Origin: Geopsychrobacteraceae bacterium
GTDB taxonomy: Bacteria; Desulfobacterota; Desulfuromonadia; Desulfuromonadales; Geopsychrobacteraceae
DNA length: 64,000 bases
Direction: 5' to 3'
NCBI GenBank assembly: GCA_963662315.1
Contig: OY759353.1
Coordinates: forward strand, 80,306 to 144,305
The notes under the pieces are model-generated. The model was not told where the DNA came from, made no database searches, and saw only the letters and a program-made list of their open reading frames with translations. The first letter of the stretch is position 1. Every line of letters starts with the position of its first letter. Shown piece by piece: positions 60,775 to 64,000 of the stretch. The translations under genes and the position numbers were made by a program.

Positions 60775-62536
60775 GGTAGAACCGGATACATATCTCGTAG
60801 GTATCGGTGTTTCTCCGGGGATTGGTATTGGTGAGGTTTTTCTTCTCGACCAACGCCCGGTCGTAGATCATGAAACCATCGAAGCCGATGAGGTCGCTGC
60901 AGAACTGGAGCGTTTTCATCAGGCCGTTAAACTGGCAAAAGAACAGCTGCAGGCGATCAAGCAGACGGTCTCCAATCAGGACCATTTGCAGGAGCACCTG
61001 TATATCCTCGATACCCACCTGCTGATTCTTGATGATGATATGCTCATCAAGGGAACGGAAAAAGCCATTCGGGATCAGCTCTGCGCGGTTTCCGCTTTGT
61101 CTTACATTTTAGAGAAACTGCGCAACCTGTTTAATGAAATTGAGGACGAGTATCTGCGTGAGCGTCGTTCTGATGTCGATGCTGTCGGTGAACGGCTGAT
61201 CCGCATTCTGACCGGAGCCAGTGAGCGTTCAGTGACGATGGTTGAACACCAGTCAGTGATTGTCGCTCATGATTTGTCCCCTGCGGAAACCATGCAGCTT
61301 GACCGTTCGCAGATTCTCGGTTTTCTGACTAATAAGGGGGGGCGGACTTCTCACACAGCAATCCTGGCGCGTTCACTTGATATCCCTGCCGTCGTCGGGC
61401 TTGAAAACGTCACTCAGCTGGTCAATGATCGCATGTCGATCATTATTGATGGGTCCACCGGCGTAGTTGTCCTGAACCCGACGCATAATACTCTGGAGGA
61501 GTATCGCCAGCGTAAAAGGACCTATGAGCTTCTTGAACGGGATCTGGAGCGGTACCGTGACCTGCCGACACTGACAACCGATCGAATCCGAATAGCATTG
61601 CGTGGAAATATAGAGTTGCCATCCGAGCTGGAACTGGTCATAAAGCACGGTGCTGAAGGAATAGGCTTGTTCCGGACCGAATTTCTTTATTTGGGGCGTA
61701 GCACACCTCCTTCAGAAGAGGAACAATTCGAGGTTTACAGCAAGGTCATTAAAGCCTTCCCTCATCACCCGGTAACCCTGAGAACCCTTGATATCGGTGG
61801 CGATAAATTTGTTCCTGAGCTGAACTTGGCCGAAGAAGATAATCCCGCCATGGGGTTGCGCGCTATTCGCTTTTCGCTGCGCGAGCTGACCCTGTTCCGC
61901 CAGCAACTGCGGGCTATGCTCAGGGCTTCCTGTTTTGGGCAGTGTCGTATCATGTTTCCCATGATCAGCGGTGTAGCCGAAATTCGTGCCTGTAAACGCG
62001 TGCTGCACGATGTTGCCGAAGAATTGGATCAGGAGGGGATCGCGTATCATTCTGATATCAAGATAGGTATCATGATTGAAACCCCGTCCGCAGTGTTGAT
62101 CGCTCCACTGCTGGCCAAGGAAGTCGATTTCTTTTCCATTGGCACCAATGATCTGATTCAGTACTGTTTGGCGGTTGATCGTGGCAATGAGTATGTCGCC
62201 TATCTCTATGATCCTCTGCACCCTGCTGTGTTAAGGGCTCTGCAGCTGACCTGCGATGCGGCAAATAATGCCGGTATTGAGGTATCCATGTGTGGTGAAA
62301 TGGCCGGAGATCCTCTTTATGCCATGGTGCTGGCGGGATTTGGTTTCCATGAATTATCGATGAATCCGGTCTGTGTGCCACGCGTTAAGAGAGTGATGAG
62401 GCATATTTCAAAAAGCGATGGCAAACGTTTTATTGAAGGTCTGCTGACCTTGTCGACCTGTAAGGAAATTTCCGGAATGATTGATGATGAAATGCGCAAA
62501 CGGCTCCCGGAAATTTTTGCTCAGCCGATCATCTGA
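60749..62536 (+). CDS. ptsI: Phosphoenolpyruvate-protein phosphotransferase (Enzyme I)
   Basis: Start is TTG at 60749 or 60761, overlapping the ptsH end. GGRTSHTAILARSL (phospho-His), and a PEP-utilising C-terminal domain (GTNDLIQY, CGEMAGDP). Confidence 0.9.
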   Translation: MRTDLGKIKVEPDTYLVGIGVSPGIGIGEVFLLDQRPVVDHETIEADEVAAELERFHQAVKLAKEQLQAIKQTVSNQDHLQEHLYILDTHLLILDDDMLIKGTEKAIRDQLCAVSALSYILEKLRNLFNEIEDEYLRERRSDVDAVGERLIRILTGASERSVTMVEHQSVIVAHDLSPAETMQLDRSQILGFLTNKGGRTSHTAILARSLDIPAVVGLENVTQLVNDRMSIIIDGSTGVVVLNPTHNTLEEYRQRKRTYELLERDLERYRDLPTLTTDRIRIALRGNIELPSELELVIKHGAEGIGLFRTEFLYLGRSTPPSEEEQFEVYSKVIKAFPHHPVTLRTLDIGGDKFVPELNLAEEDNPAMGLRAIRFSLRELTLFRQQLRAMLRASCFGQCRIMFPMISGVAEIRACKRVLHDVAEELDQEGIAYHSDIKIGIMIETPSAVLIAPLLAKEVDFFSIGTNDLIQYCLAVDRGNEYVAYLYDPLHPAVLRALQLTCDAANNAGIEVSMCGEMAGDPLYAMVLAGFGFHELSMNPVCVPRVKRVMRHISKSDGKRFIEGLLTLSTCKEISGMIDDEMRKRLPEIFAQPII

Positions 62537-62597
62537 TGCCGCTTTGCCAGTTGGGGGTGTATGAGACCTGTTTTCGGATAGAAATCCGTAAAAGAGA

Positions 62598-62626
62598 TTG
62601 ACTAGGTGCTGTTAGGCAAATAGAAT
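62598..62626 (+). promoter_or_regulatory. Candidate sigma70 promoter for metK
   Basis: TTGACT (62598-62603), a 17-nt spacer, then TAGAAT (62621-62626). It ends about 47 nt upstream of the ATG. Confidence 0.5.
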
Positions 62627-62673
62627 CACCCGTTTGTTAACGTTCAAATAACTCGTTATGGAGGACTTTTATC

Positions 62674-63843
62674 ATGGCCATGACCGATTTTTTATTTACT
62701 TCTGAATCCGTAAGTGAGGGGCACCCTGATAAGGTTGCGGATCAGATTTCAGATGCCGTACTTGATGCGATTCTTGGACAGGATCCGACGGCACGTGTTG
62801 CCTGCGAGACCCTGGTAACCACCGGTATGGCCTTTATCGCCGGCGAGATTACTACCACCGCTTATGCTGATTTGCCGGCGATTGTACGTAACACCATCAA
62901 GGATATCGGTTATTGTGATTCTGCTATGGGGTTTGATTACAATACATGCGCAGTTATGACCTCTATTGATCAGCAGTCTCCCGATATCTCCCAGGGGGTT
63001 ACTGCCGGAGAGGGGATGTTTAAAGAACAAGGGGCCGGAGACCAGGGATTGATGTTTGGTTTCGCCTGTGATGAGACCCCTGAACTGATGCCGATGCCGA
63101 TCACTTTTGCACATCGTCTGACCAAGCGTCTGGCCGATGTGCGAAAAAGTGGCCAGCTGAGCTTTCTGCGCCCGGATAGCAAGTCGCAGGTCTCAATCCA
63201 GTATATTGATGACAAGCCAACTCGTATTGATACGATAGTTATTTCTTCTCAGCATACGCCTGAAGTCAGTTATGACGTATTGAAAGAGGCCATTATTGAA
63301 GAAGTTATCAAAGCGACCATGCCTGCTGAGTTGCTTGATGATAAAACCCGCTTCCTGATCAACCCAACGGGCCGTTTTGTTGTTGGTGGACCGATGGGGG
63401 ACTGTGGCTTGACCGGTCGGAAAATCATTGTTGATACCTACGGTGGACAAGGTTCTCATGGCGGTGGCGCATTCAGTGGTAAAGACCCCTCAAAAGTTGA
63501 CCGTAGCGCTTCTTACATGGCTCGTTACGTAGCCAAAAACCTTGTTGCCGCAGGACTGGCTACCAAATGTGAGGTTCAGGTTGCCTATGCCATCGGCGTT
63601 GCCGATCCGGTTTCCATTATGATCAATACCTTCGGTACCGGTGTGATTCCATCCAACCGTATTGCTGAAATCGTACGTGAAGAGTTCGATATGCGGCCTT
63701 CCGCTATTATTGAGCAACTTGACCTGCTCAAGCCGATCTATCGTCAGACCGCAGCCTATGGCCATTTTGGTCGTGAATTGCCGGGCTTTACCTGGGAAGT
63801 GACCGATCGGGTTGATTCTCTGCGTGAAAGAGCTGGCCTTTAA
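62674..63843 (+). CDS. metK: S-adenosylmethionine synthase
   Basis: [21 protein letters not shown]...[10 protein letters not shown]...[17 protein letters not shown] match MetK. Confidence 0.97.
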   Translation: MAMTDFLFTSESVSEGHPDKVADQISDAVLDAILGQDPTARVACETLVTTGMAFIAGEITTTAYADLPAIVRNTIKDIGYCDSAMGFDYNTCAVMTSIDQQSPDISQGVTAGEGMFKEQGAGDQGLMFGFACDETPELMPMPITFAHRLTKRLADVRKSGQLSFLRPDSKSQVSIQYIDDKPTRIDTIVISSQHTPEVSYDVLKEAIIEEVIKATMPAELLDDKTRFLINPTGRFVVGGPMGDCGLTGRKIIVDTYGGQGSHGGGAFSGKDPSKVDRSASYMARYVAKNLVAAGLATKCEVQVAYAIGVADPVSIMINTFGTGVIPSNRIAEIVREEFDMRPSAIIEQLDLLKPIYRQTAAYGHFGRELPGFTWEVTDRVDSLRERAGL

Positions 63844-63847
63844 AACG

Positions 63848-63885
63848 AAAACGCCGGGTTGCTTCTATAGCAACCCGGCGTTTTT
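63848..63885. terminator. Rho-independent terminator after metK (A/T runs on both sides, possibly bidirectional)
   Basis: 15-bp stem: AAAACGCCGGGTTGC (63848-63862) pairs with GCAACCCGGCGTTTT (63870-63884), with a 7-nt loop. Confidence 0.85.
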
Positions 63886-63895
63886 ATTGCGTTGT

Positions 63896-64000
63896 TTAAT
63901 CTCTAAATCGCTTAGTTATGTCTTGATAGGCATCAATGCGCCGATCTCTTAAAAACGGCCAGATGCGCCGCGTTTTTTCCGCCTGGCCTAAATTCAAAGT
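63896..64000 (-). CDS. Possible 3' end of a reverse-strand gene continuing beyond the window (unknown product)
   Basis: The reverse frame is open from the window edge to TAA (complement of 63896-63898), translating ...LNLGQAEKTRRIWPFLRDRRIDAYQDITKRFRD. It is too short to identify. Confidence 0.3.
   Translation of the reverse strand, partial: TLNLGQAEKTRRIWPFLRDRRIDAYQDITKRFRD

Noticed and set aside
62537-62673. Looked for a SAM riboswitch upstream of metK.
   Set aside because: A sigma70-like promoter leaves only a ~40-nt 5' UTR. No SAM-I/II/SAH-like conserved helices or motifs were seen.

Overview
This 64-kb window is chromosomal core DNA of roughly 50% GC by eye. About 66 protein-coding genes are tightly packed, and all but five (plus a 3'-edge fragment) are on the + strand. 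Gene content, gene order and protein sequences look like a Desulfuromonadales-type deltaproteobacterium (Geobacter/Pelobacter/Desulfuromonas-like). That lineage call is inference only, since no database search was possible. In order, the window contains: tsf(3' end)-pyrH-frr-ferredoxin; uppS-cdsA-dxr-rseP-tsaB; a DUF465 gene; ilvBN-psd-pssA; a Leu T-box leader followed by leuA-leuC-leuD; a reverse dsbC-like gene; leuB; ecfT-like-truA; rplM-rpsI; argC; a kinase-like membrane protein plus an L,D-transpeptidase; a small reverse Cys protein; queA-tgt-yajC-secD-secF; a TPR protein-recJ-murB; reverse ettA; a reverse HEAT-repeat protein plus an HD-GYP protein; phoH-7TM-HD-ybeY-corC-lnt; a Na/Pi transporter; kdsB-pyrG-kdsA-kdsD-kdsC-lptC-lptA-lptB-rpoN-hpf-ptsN-hprK-rapZ; a complete mannose-family PTS (IIA, IIB, IIC, IID); ptsH-ptsI; metK. 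I found no rRNA or tRNA genes, CRISPR arrays, transposases, integrases or phage genes. The only cis-regulatory RNA I can support is the T-box upstream of leuA. The best candidates for something undescribed are two gene pairs. The first (20850-24274) is a transmembrane Hanks-type kinase homologue with every catalytic residue substituted, translationally coupled to an L,D-transpeptidase that carries the same ~110-aa C-terminal module. The second (35224-38503) is a 718-aa HEAT-repeat protein translationally coupled to an HD-GYP phosphodiesterase that shares its N-terminal module. All product calls rest on motif and family recognition by eye, and start codons were chosen from SD spacing and N-terminal conservation.
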